A stretch of 64,000 nt of DNA, taken from Obrimoposthia wandeli. Its lineage: Eukaryota. Within the stretch, counting starts at the first letter, position 1. Each line of letters starts with the position of its first letter. A model generated the notes under the pieces. That model ran no database searches. It saw only the letters and a program-made list of their open reading frames with translations, and had not been told where the DNA came from. This document shows positions 15,643-27,932 of this stretch, in pieces. Both the position numbers and the translations under genes were made by a program. Location: contig CDROCS010002633.1 of NCBI GenBank assembly GCA_977020255.1, positions 558,001 through 622,000 of the forward strand, written 5' to 3'.

Positions 15643-18599
15643 GTTTGAAGCAACTACATTGTTCTCACTTTTCAAGTCATTTGATGGAACATTAAGATTG
15701 CTTAAAATGTCAAAACGGAACTAAATTAATTTCTCTTTTGTCGTTGTTTTAAACGGAACAAATCATATTCAAAGAAAAATGTTTTCAAAAGAATATACTA
15801 CTGTATATATTGAATTGTTAACTTGAAATAAAATTGCCCAAGCGATGTTTGACTTCAAAGGTAAGCACTTTACCGAATAAATGTTTCCTAAAGATGCTAC
15901 AGAAACGTTCTAAGGAAGCTGACGTGGCTGGGATTTGAAAGTAAACCTTTGCAAACTTTGGCGGGTTGACACATTTTCAATGTAATCAATAGATTTTCTG
16001 TTGGGTGTATTTTAAAATCAGAGTCAGAATCAATAATGCTGATATTGAAAGTTACACTGATTTTTGTTGCAAATTTTGACCTTTTTGCAGATGGTTCGTT
16101 AGCTTTGACATATATTTCATAAGCACCCTCTTTATGCGTAGTTGTTAAATGCTTCTCTTACCGTTTCCAGAACTCTCACCTTATTCTCTACGCTTGCTTA
16201 AAAAATCTCTAAATTTAGGATCCAAGAAAGAGGAGACTATATGGTCACTCATAGAAATTCTTCATCAAGTGTTAATGACTACAACTTCGAGCAACATAAC
16301 CCACAACACAACTAAAAAAGTCAATTAACCGCTGAATGTTACATCAACCGGAAAACAATTGTACTTGTTTAACTGTGTAAGTGTCTATTATATACTTAAG
16401 GAAAGGTGATGTGGCTAACAATTTTATTAGTCGTTTCGTGCGATGTACAATTAAATTTATAAGTTTAGTGATTAATGAAAAGTGGCATATTACTCAATTT
16501 TCTTTTAAATTTAGTTTTCTTAATTAAAAAAATGACAGGTTAAATATTTTTAAAATAATAATTCTAAATCTAATTAATATAATTTTAATTCAATCAATTA
16601 AAAATTTAAAACTCTTGCAGCTAAACATATTTAATATTAATGACTCACTGACTTAATAGTTATTTTCAATGGTTTCGTAATAATATTTTTAGGACATGTT
16701 AAGTATATTTAATAAACAAATAAGGGAACATTTTTGAAATGACCTCTTTACTTTATATTCATACAATATTTACATATTAACTTTATAAGAAATTCAGTAT
16801 CGGTTTTTATCAACCTATATTTATTAAGTCAAAGGCTATTAATGTACAAAGATTATTAATATTTTTATTCATTTGTTTGAACTATCTAAAATTAAAAATA
16901 TAGTTTAATAACAATTCAAATACAAGTTCTTGTAGTAAATACAATTTTAAAAACTTTGTATAAGCACTTGAATAAGTTTAAATAAACTGTGTTATTATTT
17001 TATTTCTAAGTACATATATAAAATTAACTTTAACTTCAGAAACGAATTGTTATTAGCCATATTTTTTGTATCTATTTCTGATATTTCTTCTATTAATCAT
17101 CTGAAATGTATTATTAAATAATACTTTGAAAGACAATTTTGAATATACACTTAAAAGGTTATGTACTTCTACAGAATATATTTCTTACACATACATGTTT
17201 GTCGTTTTACTGTTTAAAAAATAAATTATATTGGATGAACTTGTGATTGTCATATTATTTATTAATATTTTATGCTGTAGGAAAATACATTTGTAGTGTT
17301 ATTTAAATAAAATAGCTTCCAAATTTATTTGTAAAATTATTTTGATATAACATAGTAGAAAAAATAAAATTTTATACTAAATTTGTACATTAATAATTTT
17401 TTTATTTAATGCAGATGGACACTTTAATTGAAAATTAAAATCATTTATTTTTATGAATTTCAAATTAAAATGTTCTATTGCAAATGAAATATTATAAGAC
17501 AAACAATTTATTATTTGCCATTTCCAACAGCATTGGATTGAAATGTTAACATCAAATCGTTTCAAGTTACTTTTTTAAACTATGAATAAAATATATGGTG
17601 AATTGTTACATTCACAAAGTTTTATAAGTAAATTTGCTAAATATTTAAACAATAAAAAGTTCTAAATAATAAGAACATAATGAAAAAGAAGAGTGCAAGA
17701 ATAAAATTATATCTGACCAAATCTTAATTCATTTTTTAAATAAAATTTCAGAAATTATTGAATAATAATAAATAGCCAAATGTATATTTAAAAGAAATTT
17801 AAATTTGACTGATTATTCGTTCAGAGGCTTGCTTTTGCCTCTTTCTAACTTTCTAACTTTGAACAACCTACGATTTTGTACGATTTAGAAGTTATCCTAC
17901 GGTTGACCAGAACACAATTTGATCTGAATATCAGCAAACTTTGAAAAAATTTTCACACCCGAAACATAATGGGTAAATTATGTTAGAATGTTTCAAATTC
18001 AGAAAATTTCTTTGGCAAATTCGGTCAATATATGTGTTAATCCACGATTTTAACCACAGACTGTAGTTTGACAATCCATTACAAGATTGATGCGGGGCGG
18101 GAGACAGTTTGGTCTTGGTGAATGGTGTATAGAAGAGAATGACATTTGGCCGAGGTCTCCCGCTGGGTGGGCTGCTTCTTCTAGTTTCGGAGGGGCTAAT
18201 GTCGACATTTGGTAGCCATTTGCGCTGCTGCTGGAGTTGTAGTCTGGCCCAGAACAGCAACTCCTGGCTACTACAATGGTATAATCCACGATTATCTCTG
18301 AAACTGTCTTAAACAAATTTAATTGTGTGGCAGACACAGCATTTGAAAACACAAAATCCAACTTTTATCGAAATTTTATTTTACAAATGTTTAAAATCTC
18401 AACAAATTTGACATACATTATTTTGTACTTTTTTTAAAAAATCACAATGGTCACATTTATTTCGTATTTTCGTATGCAATTTTGCTAAATTTAATTAACC
18501 CAAATACTTGTTTTAACCTTCATTTAGTAGCTCGAATAATGAACTTGAGGCAGTACTTGCCAGTTTCGGAAAGTTACATGAAAAATACGGCTGGCAGAG

Positions 18600-18900
18600 C
18601 GGTATCTTGACGGAAATGGCACATATATGCATAATCGATTTCTCTATCATACGGTCGAGATCATATCTAACTATATAGAGAGAAAGAAAATAGTTTACGG
18701 ATGCTTGGCTGGCCTAAGAATAACCCAGATCTTATCTCCTTTAAAAATATTTGGTAGGCAGAAAAAAGAGCTTTAGAAACGGGAAAATGAAACAACAAAA
18801 ATGCAGCTCATATCCAGAATAATTTAATATTGGAATCATGATGCTGATATCCAAACACCCCTAACAAAACTTATCTGATCAATGCTTCAAGCACCAAACG
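18600..18900 (+). mobile_element. Degraded Tc1-type transposase C-terminal fragment
   Basis: LGWPKNNPDLISFKNIW resembles the LxWPxxSPDLNPIENxW motif. Multiple stops. Confidence 0.55.
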
Positions 18901-19093
18901 AGGACACAAAAATATTAAGTAATTTTTGTTAATTTAATATAAATATATATATTAGGGTTATGACTTAAAACCATTTTAATTCTTAGAAATTCCGACTCAC
19001 ATCTATAGTTTCAGACATTATTTCATCAATTGTATTCTAAACTAATTCATCATTAGTACTACGCATTTTCAAATATGGTTATACATCATAAGT

Positions 19094-19396
19094 TTATAAC
19101 AAAAGCAATATATTTGAAACGATTAATATAACATTATAATAATAATCCAAATCTTTAAGTCCAACTATTATAATTTTTCCCCTTGAGAATACGTTAACAC
19201 ATAATGGATTATATTTATTTACTCTGAGTACAGGAAATAATTTTGATTCGAATATACAACCTGATCCAAATTTCATTGATAAATAATGTAAATTGATTTT
19301 CTTTACAATATCCATAGTTACTGTTACTGATTGAATTATTTCTATTTGTATACCATATTGTAAATTCTCGTTTGTAATTGGTTTATTGGTTGACAA
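19094..19396 (-). pseudogene. TBP-like protein, C-terminal repeat (E0)
   Basis: QSVTVTMDIVKKINLHYLSMKFGSGCIFESKLFPVLRVNKYNPLCVNVFSRGKIIIVGLK resembles the TBP repeat (YEPELFPGL...LIFxSGKIVxTGAK). Homologous to 35299-35475. Confidence 0.7.
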
Positions 19397-19590
19397 ACAT
19401 CAAAATAGAGAAAGTGACATCAAAGAACACACCAGAAAAGAGGATCAAATCCATTGCAAACACATTAAAGAAAAGAAACAAGAAGCAGTCTAAGGATTTT
19501 ATTCAAAATTTAGTTTGTAATATCTTCAATGATATCATATAATTGAAGAAATCACAATTATAAGATCCTTATCATAAATACGGAACGGAT

Positions 19591-19920
19591 ATGTATTTAT
19601 TCAAAAATCCTATCACATACCACTTCTCCAACCATGTCAATGTGAAGAAAATCAAGTTAGATATCCATGAAGAAGATGTTAAACAATTGAATGAACTCCT
19701 GCAACAATTGGATATTGGATATAAAATTGATAGAGATTTTATATTGATCAGAGCTGATGAACGTATTTTTACTGATTATTGAATGTTGAAAATGATATGA
19801 AAAATGAAAAAATGAAACCTCTTCATCATGATTCAAGGTTACAAGAAAAAACATGATGGAATTATAAAACCAATACGAAAGATTACCGAAAGATGTGTAA
19901 TGTTATAGAAATTATTATTA
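19591..19920 (+). pseudogene. Conserved accessory protein, possible OB-fold family (E0 copy)
   Basis: LDIHEEDVKQLNELLQQLDIGYKIDRDFILIRADERIFTDY and downstream IQGYKKKHDGIIKPIRKI align with the ORFs at 28650-29036 and 34455-34904. Confidence 0.6.
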
Positions 19921-20545
19921 ATAAATATTGATGTTTCATCTTAGAATCTTATTGACTATAAGCAATATCATAAACATTGTAAAGGTTTCATTATTGACTA
20001 TAAACATCAACATAGAGTGAGTTTTCACTATATATAAAATCAATATGTTAAAATAAAGTGAGATGGTGATCTGATAATGCAGGGTGGCATATCTGAGAAA
20101 GCAGGTCTCTTATGACTTAAATTTAAAGTTTATATAGAATTTAATTAAGTTAAATTTGGCGCCAAATTCAAATAAGGTGAAGGTTATGTTAAATGATGGT
20201 TATATTAATCTTCATATGATTTTAAATTTATTAAATTTGAAATCACCATGAAGGTTAATTTAATGTAAATTTAAGTAATTTAATTGAAATCAGTGGAAAA
20301 TTTAAAGTTAAATTTAGTTAATTAAATGATTTTAATTAATTTAATTTAAATGACGTGGAAATATCGATTTTGAATTTAAAATTGGAAAATTTGAGTAAGG
20401 ACAGATATTATTTTTTATTAATAGTAACATGGGGTACCCCTCCAAAACAGTGACGATTCAGCAGCACCCAGACAAATTGTCTAAAAGTCCATGATTCATA
20501 CCTAAAATCCATATCTAAGCATAGGAACTAGCAGCAACCGCCAGG

Positions 20546-20635
20546 AAAGTGACGATTAAGCGGCTTGGCAGCAGAACAGAGCCTCTCCCGGGGTGAGAGC
20601 TTTGTTCTGCCTCCAAGCCGCTGAATCGTCACTTT
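20546..20635. repeat. 90-bp imperfect palindrome just inside the E0 terminus
   Basis: Arms aaagtgacgatt-a-agcggcttgg-ca-gcagaaca and tgttctgc-ct-ccaagccgct-g-aatcgtcacttt are reverse complements with few mismatches. Confidence 0.9.
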
Positions 20636-21441
20636 ACACTACTATAGCGAAAGAAGATAGAATTGATTGTCAGAGTTTATTTAGACAATTTTTGCCTTTC
20701 TAAAAAGCCTAAATAATTAACTAATTCTTTTCTGAATATGGTTGAAGTTTATAACCACTAAATCATAACTTTGCTTATATTATTAACATATTATTCTGAA
20801 AATTGGTTGTTTTATGAATCATCAGGATTCAATTAAAAATATGCTATAATACTAAAAATAGCTATTGAATTCCGCTACGCTTGATGAACCTTTATCCAAT
20901 CAGTTACAGGCCATAGCTTACATGTATTGTGATATTTAAATGCTTTGTATAATTATATATATATAAAACTTATCCTTTCTCCAACCCATAATCTTCTAAT
21001 ATTCTACATTTTAATTTTCTGAATAACCTAATTGACGTTCTCCGTAATTAGTCATGAGTTCATTTTTGAAAGAATAGTTCAATTCGATGAAATAAAATAT
21101 GTCAAAATGGCATCACCCATTATAAGTTGGAAGACTCTGTCAAGTATATGATGTTGATGTCCACGTATATTGGAATATCATGATCATGACAAGTAAATGC
21201 CCTTTGCAATTTACAACTATACGTGCTTTCAACCCAGTTTTTTCTAATGTTCCACATTTCTTTCTTGAACTTTCTCGATATATATGATAAACCAAATTTG
21301 CGAAAACAACAATTTTGCAAAATTCTTAAATAACGCAAGCAACAATTTTGAAAAATAGTGCTTATTTTATTAATTTGATAAAATCGAAGCGATTTTCATT
21401 TGTTTTCCTTTTTAGAAGAATATTTATTTCACAATTTGAAA

Positions 21442-21645
21442 ATGGATCCAATGTGCAAACTATTTGAAGATAAAATAGCCCAGATGATCAAATCCAAAGA
21501 AGTGAATGCCTCTGCTGTGATGTCGAGACAACAGTACGACGAGATCCTGATTCGATTACGACATCTAGAGTCGGATACGGATGCAAAGAAGAGTGCCAAG
21601 GACTATCGACTGATGAGGAAATACGATATTATAGAGTATGGCGTC
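21442..21645 (+). pseudogene. KRBA2/SCAND3-like (Ginger2-type) integrase-transposase, N-terminus, interrupted by Maverick E1
   Basis: LFEDKIAQMIKSKEVNASAVMSRQQYDEILIRL...KKSAKDYRLMRKYDII is a typical N-terminus of this family. It is cut at the AGTAGG terminus at 21646. Confidence 0.6.
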
Positions 21646-21699
21646 AGTAGGTAGAAGGATGGAGACTAAACCACTTGACCCCCCCTTGTGCGCACACAA

Positions 21700-22740
21700 T
21701 GTTAAAGGATTTTACAACATAAGGGTGTCACACCATAGAAATGACACACCATAAAGGTATATGTTGACTCATCATAAGGATGTCACACCATAAGGGTATC
21801 TTGCCACACCATAAGGGTCTGGCTCAGAAAGGTTAAGATAGGGGGGGAAGGGTCAATTGATCTAGTCTCCACTCTTCTTTTTGTCAACCACTAAATGGTT
21901 ATGGTCGTCCATAATTTAAAGGGTCAGGCAGAGTTTTTGACTTGAATGTTTTAAGGTATGGTCATGACCGTCTATAATCAATCAACATATCTAAAGGGTC
22001 ATTGTCGTCCATAAATCAAAGGGTCAGACTCAGTTTTGACTTGAAGGTTTGAAGGTATAATTAAGGTCAACTATGGTTTGCCATCACATCTAAAGGGTCA
22101 TGGACGTCCATAAATCAAAGGGTCGGGCTAAAAACAAAATCGAGTTTTAAATATCAAGGTTTGAATACATGGTTGTAATCATCTTTAGAAGACGAATTCA
22201 CCCATAAAGTATGGCCATCCATAAATCAAAGGGTCGAGCTAAAGACCAAATCAAGTTTTAAATGTCAAGGTTTGAATACATGGTAGTAATCATCTTTAGA
22301 AGACGAATTCATCCATATAGGTATGGTCGTCCATAGATGAAGGGTTAAAGAAAGTTGGAATTTCATAGTTTTAAGTACATGGTTGTATTCGTCAACTTAT
22401 TACGAGTTTAATCATGTAAAAATGTTATGGTCGTTCACAAGGTAAGAGTTAGATTTGGCATAAATTAAGAAATTATATAGTATTCAATCAATTATTCTAT
22501 GTGAAAGTTAAAGTTCCCTCTTATCAGTTAAGGATTGTATGATATAATCACACACACACTATTCTATGTGAAAATGTAGGCTAAAGTTCACTCTTATCAG
22601 TTAAGGAATGTGGTTTTTAATAACACACACACTATTATATGTGAAAATTTAGGCCAAAGTTCACTCTTATCAGTTAAGGAATGTATTACGTAATAATACA
22701 CACAATTATATGTGAAAATTTAGATCAAAGTTTTTTCCAG
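21700..22740. repeat. E1 subterminal tandem repeats
   Basis: Three repeat types: cacaccataa(a/g)gg, atggtcgtccataaatcaaagggtc, and ~60-bp tatgtgaaaat..aaagttcactcttatcagttaagga units. Confidence 0.8.
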
Positions 22741-22830
22741 GCTTACACATCTAAAGAATTATGATAAAATTTCTTTAAATAACTTAAATTATATATTAAA
22801 ATCAAAATAAAATATCATTAATAAATATAT

Positions 22831-23283
22831 TTATATACAATTTACATAATCAATACATAGAGAAAAACATTTCAAATAAGCACAATGTTTTCCGTGTTTT
22901 CTAAACGAACATCGAAAATTTTTTGGCATTTTCTTTAAATTTTTGAAAATTTTATTATAATTCACAATTCTCAAATTTGGAAACATTCGTTTCACTAAAT
23001 GATTTTTCTTTCCATAAATAGAATCCATAACATAGAATATTGTTTCAACATCATCAATATGAATATCAGAGCTTTCACCTTTAAACCAGGATAACTGATG
23101 ATGATGATTTATCAAATATAGATTTTTTCTTTTAACTGTAAATGATAAACTACTCCATGGTATTTGATTTTTAAACACGTAATGAAATGGACAAGTCATA
23201 TCATTCACATACATTATACATAATTCCTTTGGAATATATTCTCCATTATTATCAATAAAACATTCTAAATCAATAAAAGCCAT
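22831..23283 (-). CDS. DEDD/DnaQ-fold (Maelstrom-like) putative nuclease, E1 accessory gene
   Basis: Intact 150-aa ORF. N-terminal FIDLE (DxE), PKEL, FHYVF and HHHQLSW motifs; C-terminal C-x4-H-x2-HCA-x3-C cluster. Confidence 0.55.
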   Translation of the reverse strand: MAFIDLECFIDNNGEYIPKELCIMYVNDMTCPFHYVFKNQIPWSSLSFTVKRKNLYLINHHHQLSWFKGESSDIHIDDVETIFYVMDSIYGKKNHLVKRMFPNLRIVNYNKIFKNLKKMPKNFRCSFRKHGKHCAYLKCFSLCIDYVNCI

Positions 23284-23335
23284 TTGAAAAAAATAAAATG
23301 AAATACTATAATGATATATTTGTTTATACTTAAAA

Positions 23336-23708
23336 TTATTTGTGTTGAAGTTTCAACCATAAAAGACTCAGAGGTCCGCAGTTTTTAGTTAATTGATTAT
23401 GACATTTAACTCGATTATAGTAGACTGAAATGTTTTCTTTTTCAAGTGTACCAACTTTGAAGGATAATAGAATCCAAAAAGATCAAACACTCGAATCTCG
23501 AATCTGTCAACGAATATTGCTATCCAATGTTCGCCTGGTAGATTTGAAGTATGAGTATTGATAATGTAGCCTCCGGGTTTTAATGATGGAATTTTATCCA
23601 ATGAATATTCTCCATTAAACTTGTTATTCAATAATATTTTTCCGGATTTATAAATTTCTAAAGTACTAATTTAAATAAAGAATATAATATACAATAAGCT
23701 TACTTCAT
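23336..23708 (-). pseudogene. Adenain-like cysteine protease (E1), with 38-nt intron 23666-23703 and a later frameshift
   Basis: Splicing gives MNTLEIYKSGKILLNNKFNGEYSLDKIP...YIINTHTSNLPGEHWIAI...VFDLFG. A shifted frame continues YNRVKCHNQLTKNCGPLSLLW. Confidence 0.85.
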
Positions 23709-24900
23709 ACAATCACAGTTTTATTTTTCGTAATCTGAATTTCGGAATCAAATATTCCGTAAATCAAAACACTTCTTGGAACAACCAAAGGAGAATTAAA
23801 TATAATTTCAAGTCTTAAATTACCAGTTCAAAATCTGGTGCTAATAGAAAAGTGAAAATCGAACTTCCTGATTTAAAATCAAAAACTCTGATACCATTAT
23901 TCAAGTTTTTATCTAAAATATTCATATTTTGAATAATTGACTGCATATATGCTAATGAAAAATTGTTATTATTTAGATTATAAGTCTCTCGATAATCTGT
24001 ATTTCTAGCTAATGATATTGTTGAAAAATTAAAGGTATTGAACGTAGAAGATCTAACTTTATATTCCTTACCACCCTGAGGTGAAGCTTTGAAAGCAATC
24101 AAAATGAACTTGGGTAAACGATAGTCTCCGAATATTTTATCTTTATTAAGTTCCAAAGAACCCCGAGGTATTGAATATGTTACTAACTGAGTTTTTCTAA
24201 TTGGGTAAACTGCATTCTGACTTTGCAAACCTACCTGATGTCCAATCATTACTGAAGAATCAACCTTTACTCGTCTAATATACAATCTAGCATCTAGAAT
24301 TTGAATAATTGGCTTTGAAGTTTCTGAATAGAGCGAAAAATTATGCTGATTTCTCATAAATCTCAAATGAACATTAATCCCTGGAATCAAATATTTTGGT
24401 TCATCAAAGAAATCTAATCTAATTGAATTACACAATGAAAATATTTTAGATTCACTAATCCATTGTTTACGACTTTCTGCATCATCATCATACCCGGAAC
24501 ATTCAAGGTTAGTATACTTGGTATCACTACTAAAATTCAAAAGAGTATCGAATATAGCCTTATGAGTATACGTTCCATTTCCTCCTTCAATTTTTACATT
24601 ATTAAGTGTTAGAATAACATCTCTAAACAAAGTTTGAAACATGTAATTCTCTGGAATTACATCGATATCTTTCATTAAATCAGTACCATCTTCATTTACA
24701 ACTTTTAATTTAATATTTAACAAAGTATCATTCAAATCCAGATAATCTTCTTCAGATGCATGAATATTAAATTCTATGTCATTTAAATTTCCACCAGTAA
24801 TTGAATTGATTGGAAATATTTCTTCAAAACTTGAGTTTTCAATCACTACTTGAGGTAGTGGTCTATCGAAAATACACAATTCAGATTTTACACTAGTCCT
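23705..24900 (-). pseudogene. Major capsid protein (hexon-like/PY), E1
   Basis: KSELCIFDRPLPQ...IEFNI..EDYLDLNDTLL..KVV...FFDEPKYLIPGINVHLR...LPKFILIAF. Start codon mutated to AGG; deletion near the C-terminus. Confidence 0.9.
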
Positions 24901-25303
24901 TTTTGGAAAATAGTACCTTTAAGACGTTTGTTTATACTATTTAAATTATTTCTTTTACGTTTAAGACCCTTTCCATTTTGTTCAATACAATTTGCGACTT
25001 TATTTAAACTCTCAACAGTATTATTTTTTAATTTTGGAATCAAAGTTTTGACTTCATTGATTGTATTTTCTTTGAGAGATAAAATTAAGTTTTTTGGATA
25101 AAATTTGTTAACGCAGTTCCTACCGTTTTGCCAATTGCATTGGCAGCACTTGTAGCAGCTGATAAACCAGCTTTTTTAATAAATGGAATAGGTAATCCAG
25201 AAATAGTTTGAAACCAACCAGATCCATATTGTTTACCAATGAAATAGGGAAGTTCACTGCCCTGTTGACTTTTGTTATAAAATTTTATATTTGATGTATT
25301 CAA
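24898..25303 (-). pseudogene. Basic core/membrane-active virion protein (PZ-like), E1
   Basis: SQQGSELPYFIGKQYGSGWFQT..PFIKK is homologous to 38911-39288. Frameshifted; basic C-terminus. Confidence 0.7.
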
Positions 25304-25331
25304 TTTTATATTTTAAATATATTTATATTGT

Positions 25332-26348
25332 TTATACTTTACGTAAATGAAGTGTTAAACTAGTTTTTGCTCCATATGAAAATGGAATTAAATTACCAGA
25401 ATCATCACGTATATTTACCTCGATTCTATTAATACTTGAATCTCTCATTTTCAAGTACATTGGATTATCAATTTTAACATTTACTACATCTCCATATCGA
25501 TATTTTAATGATTTTAACCAAATAGACTTTAACAGTGGAACATAATCAGATCCTACTAAGACAGAATCTGTTAAACTAGTATAAATATACATTTGATTAT
25601 ATGAGCTAGAAAGTTTTGGTTCTTGAAAACGTTTAATTCGTTTCTCAAAGAAAACGTTATTTAAACCTAATAAATAAGCAAGTTTTTCGTCAAATATATC
25701 TGATTTTACATTTTTCTTTATTACAATATAAATAATCTGTTTGAATTTTATATTACAGCTTTTAAAAACCTCTTTGCATTTACTGGCTATAATATTACAT
25801 AATGAAGAACTATCTTGTATCAAATAATTTTGATCAAATTTTTATTTCGTATTCATATTCAGCTTAAGAATAAATTGTAATTCTCATTTTAGCATGAATA
25901 TTTTTATTTATGTCAACAATTTCATCACTTGTTATAACATGACTAGAAATTTTTTGTATTTCATTAAAACCTATAATTTTTGATTCTTCTTAAGTTTCGA
26001 ATTTTAACAACATTCGATGAATACTATTAATTGTACTTATTTCTAATTTTTGATCCTTTGTAATTTTGAAATTGAAAACATTATTTAAATTACTAAAAAT
26101 TAATTCATTTAAAATTGCAAAAGATACATGGAAAGTTTTCATTTCTATCTTTTCCATTTTATAAAGTATTTTCAAATTAGTTTGTATTGTTAAAGGAGTA
26201 TAATTAAATACAAATTCAGTCAAGGCAACCTCCCATTCACCATCTAAATTTAAAGAGAGTTTTCCCAATCTACAGTAAATTGATTGGCTGTATTGTTAGG
26301 TTGAGTACTTGGACAACTATTACTAGGTAAAATAATATATTTTGACAT
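25332..26348 (-). pseudogene. Minor capsid/penton protein (PX), E1
   Basis: MSKYIILPSNSCP..NNTANQFTVDW..LDGEWEVALTEF at the N-terminus and MYIYTSL..VLVG..VPLLK...IEVNIRDDSG..TSLTLHLRK at the C-terminus. Frameshifts. Confidence 0.85.
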
Positions 26349-27371
26349 TATTCAATTTGAGAAGCGAATATCCAAGAAGGTTCAGATTATCCGTGCTACT
26401 TTACGTAATAATGTTTATTCTTACCACGACCTTTAGTTTCTAAAATTTCTTGTATTCGATATAGTTTAGGTTTATCAATTAATTGTAACTCTTGTTTATA
26501 AAATTTTCCTTTGATGATGACGTTATCAATATCTTTTAAAATATACATTATTGGATTTTGTTTATAATTAATATTATAAATTTGAAAAACTTCATCACTC
26601 CAATTTTGATTAAAATTTTTGATAAATGGCCTTGTACTTATTTTTGATGTTCGAACAAAATTATCAATTTTAATTTAGATTTAACTTTCTTTTCTTTTGG
26701 ATTTTGTTTCAACCAAATTTCAAATGCATTTTTATTATTTACATCTACAGGTTTTAAACCATCTAAACCTCTATGTTTAGAATTATTATAAGCCTAAATA
26801 ATTTTTGGTAATACATTCACTCATTTCTTATTACCTTGTTTAGTAAAATATTTCTTTAACCGTTCTCTTAACGTTCTATTAAATCTTTCAACTACTGCAG
26901 CTTTATATTGAGAATATACTGAATAATGATTGATATTTTCAGTTTTGAATAATTTCTTAACATGTGAATTAAAAAATTCTTTACCTTCATCAGTTTGGAT
27001 ATTTACTGATACATCATCAACAATTAAAGATTCTATTGCATGTAATAAATCAATACCCGATTTTGATTTAACACCAACTGCCCTTGCGAAACGACTAAAT
27101 ACATCAATACAAGTTAAAATATATTTGAATCCTTCATTTACTGAAGAATAAGGTATCATTTTCATTAAATCCATCTGCCATAAGGAATTAATTCCATTAG
27201 TTTTATATTATCTAGTAGGAAATTTACATTTTAAAGGTTTATTCAAACTATATGTAAATTCATTTCTTAACCATTTTTGTGTGTTTGTTTTTGATTGTTT
27301 GACTCTAATTGTCAATTTTCTAACCCTATATACCCGTCTGGATCTTCTGGATTGTTCCAAATCTTTTCCAT
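26348..27371 (-). pseudogene. Retroviral-like (rve) integrase with C-terminal chromodomain, E1
   Basis: WQMDL..YILTCIDVFSRFA...IQTDEGKEF...VVERFNRTL (DDE core) and a chromodomain-like WHG-x-SEPSWI tail. Internal stops. Confidence 0.92.
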
Positions 27372-27498
27372 TGCAGCATGCAGAATTAAATTTACAAATA
27401 TGTTAGACAACTTTGTATTGTTTATCCCCATTATTATAAAAGTTCAATATATTTTAATCTGTTTATATGCTTGTATAAAACGAAAGTGATGCATAGTT

Positions 27499-27912
27499 TT
27501 AACTTCTTGAACTTATAAGGCCACCTATTAAAGATGCTATAATAGGAAGTATGGCCATTATGAATCCACCATTTTGATTGTAAATAATGTTTCTTTTATT
27601 AATTTTACCGCGTGAATTTGCTAAATTTATTAATGAATTTTTATATTTTAATATATGAGGATCAAGTTTAATTTTACCATAAATTATTTTATTTAAAATT
27701 TTTATTAAATTATCAACTACATAAATTGGAAATGATTTCAACATTTTCATTTTATTCGTTTTTGATACGTCAATTAATGTTTTGAAATAAGGTAAACTTT
27801 TTGAAAATTCAATATTATTATTACGATCATATAATACAGTGTTTATTAATTTTTTAACTTCATCTTTATCTGTCCTTTTACTATGTTTAAGAATACTCTT
27901 TTTAAAATTCAT
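27499..27912 (-). CDS. PW-like small virion protein, E1
   Basis: Basic 137-aa ORF ending QNGGFIMAILPIIASLIGGLIS, homologous to 36580-36843. Confidence 0.65.
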   Translation of the reverse strand: MNFKKSILKHSKRTDKDEVKKLINTVLYDRNNNIEFSKSLPYFKTLIDVSKTNKMKMLKSFPIYVVDNLIKILNKIIYGKIKLDPHILKYKNSLINLANSRGKINKRNIIYNQNGGFIMAILPIIASLIGGLISSRS

Positions 27913-27932
27913 TTTATTTTAAAACTTTATTA

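Larger units (their letters stand above)
19050..20643 (-). mobile_element. Maverick-like element E0, terminal fragment
   Basis: Ends in ...acACTACT (AGTAGT on the minus strand, a Maverick-type terminus) with a subterminal palindrome. Carries homologues of two E2 accessory genes in the same relative arrangement. Confidence 0.65.

Noticed and set aside
17931-18361. GC-rich island with overlapping ORFs; the plus frame has GRGLPLGG..LLLVSEGL, faintly like a LINE RT motif
   Set aside because: No other RT motifs nearby and no splice or homology support, so it cannot be assigned.
24880-24910. Programmed frameshift or non-AUG start to explain the missing capsid ATG in both elements
   Set aside because: A single substitution in each copy restores an ATGA stop/start overlap like those of neighbouring genes.
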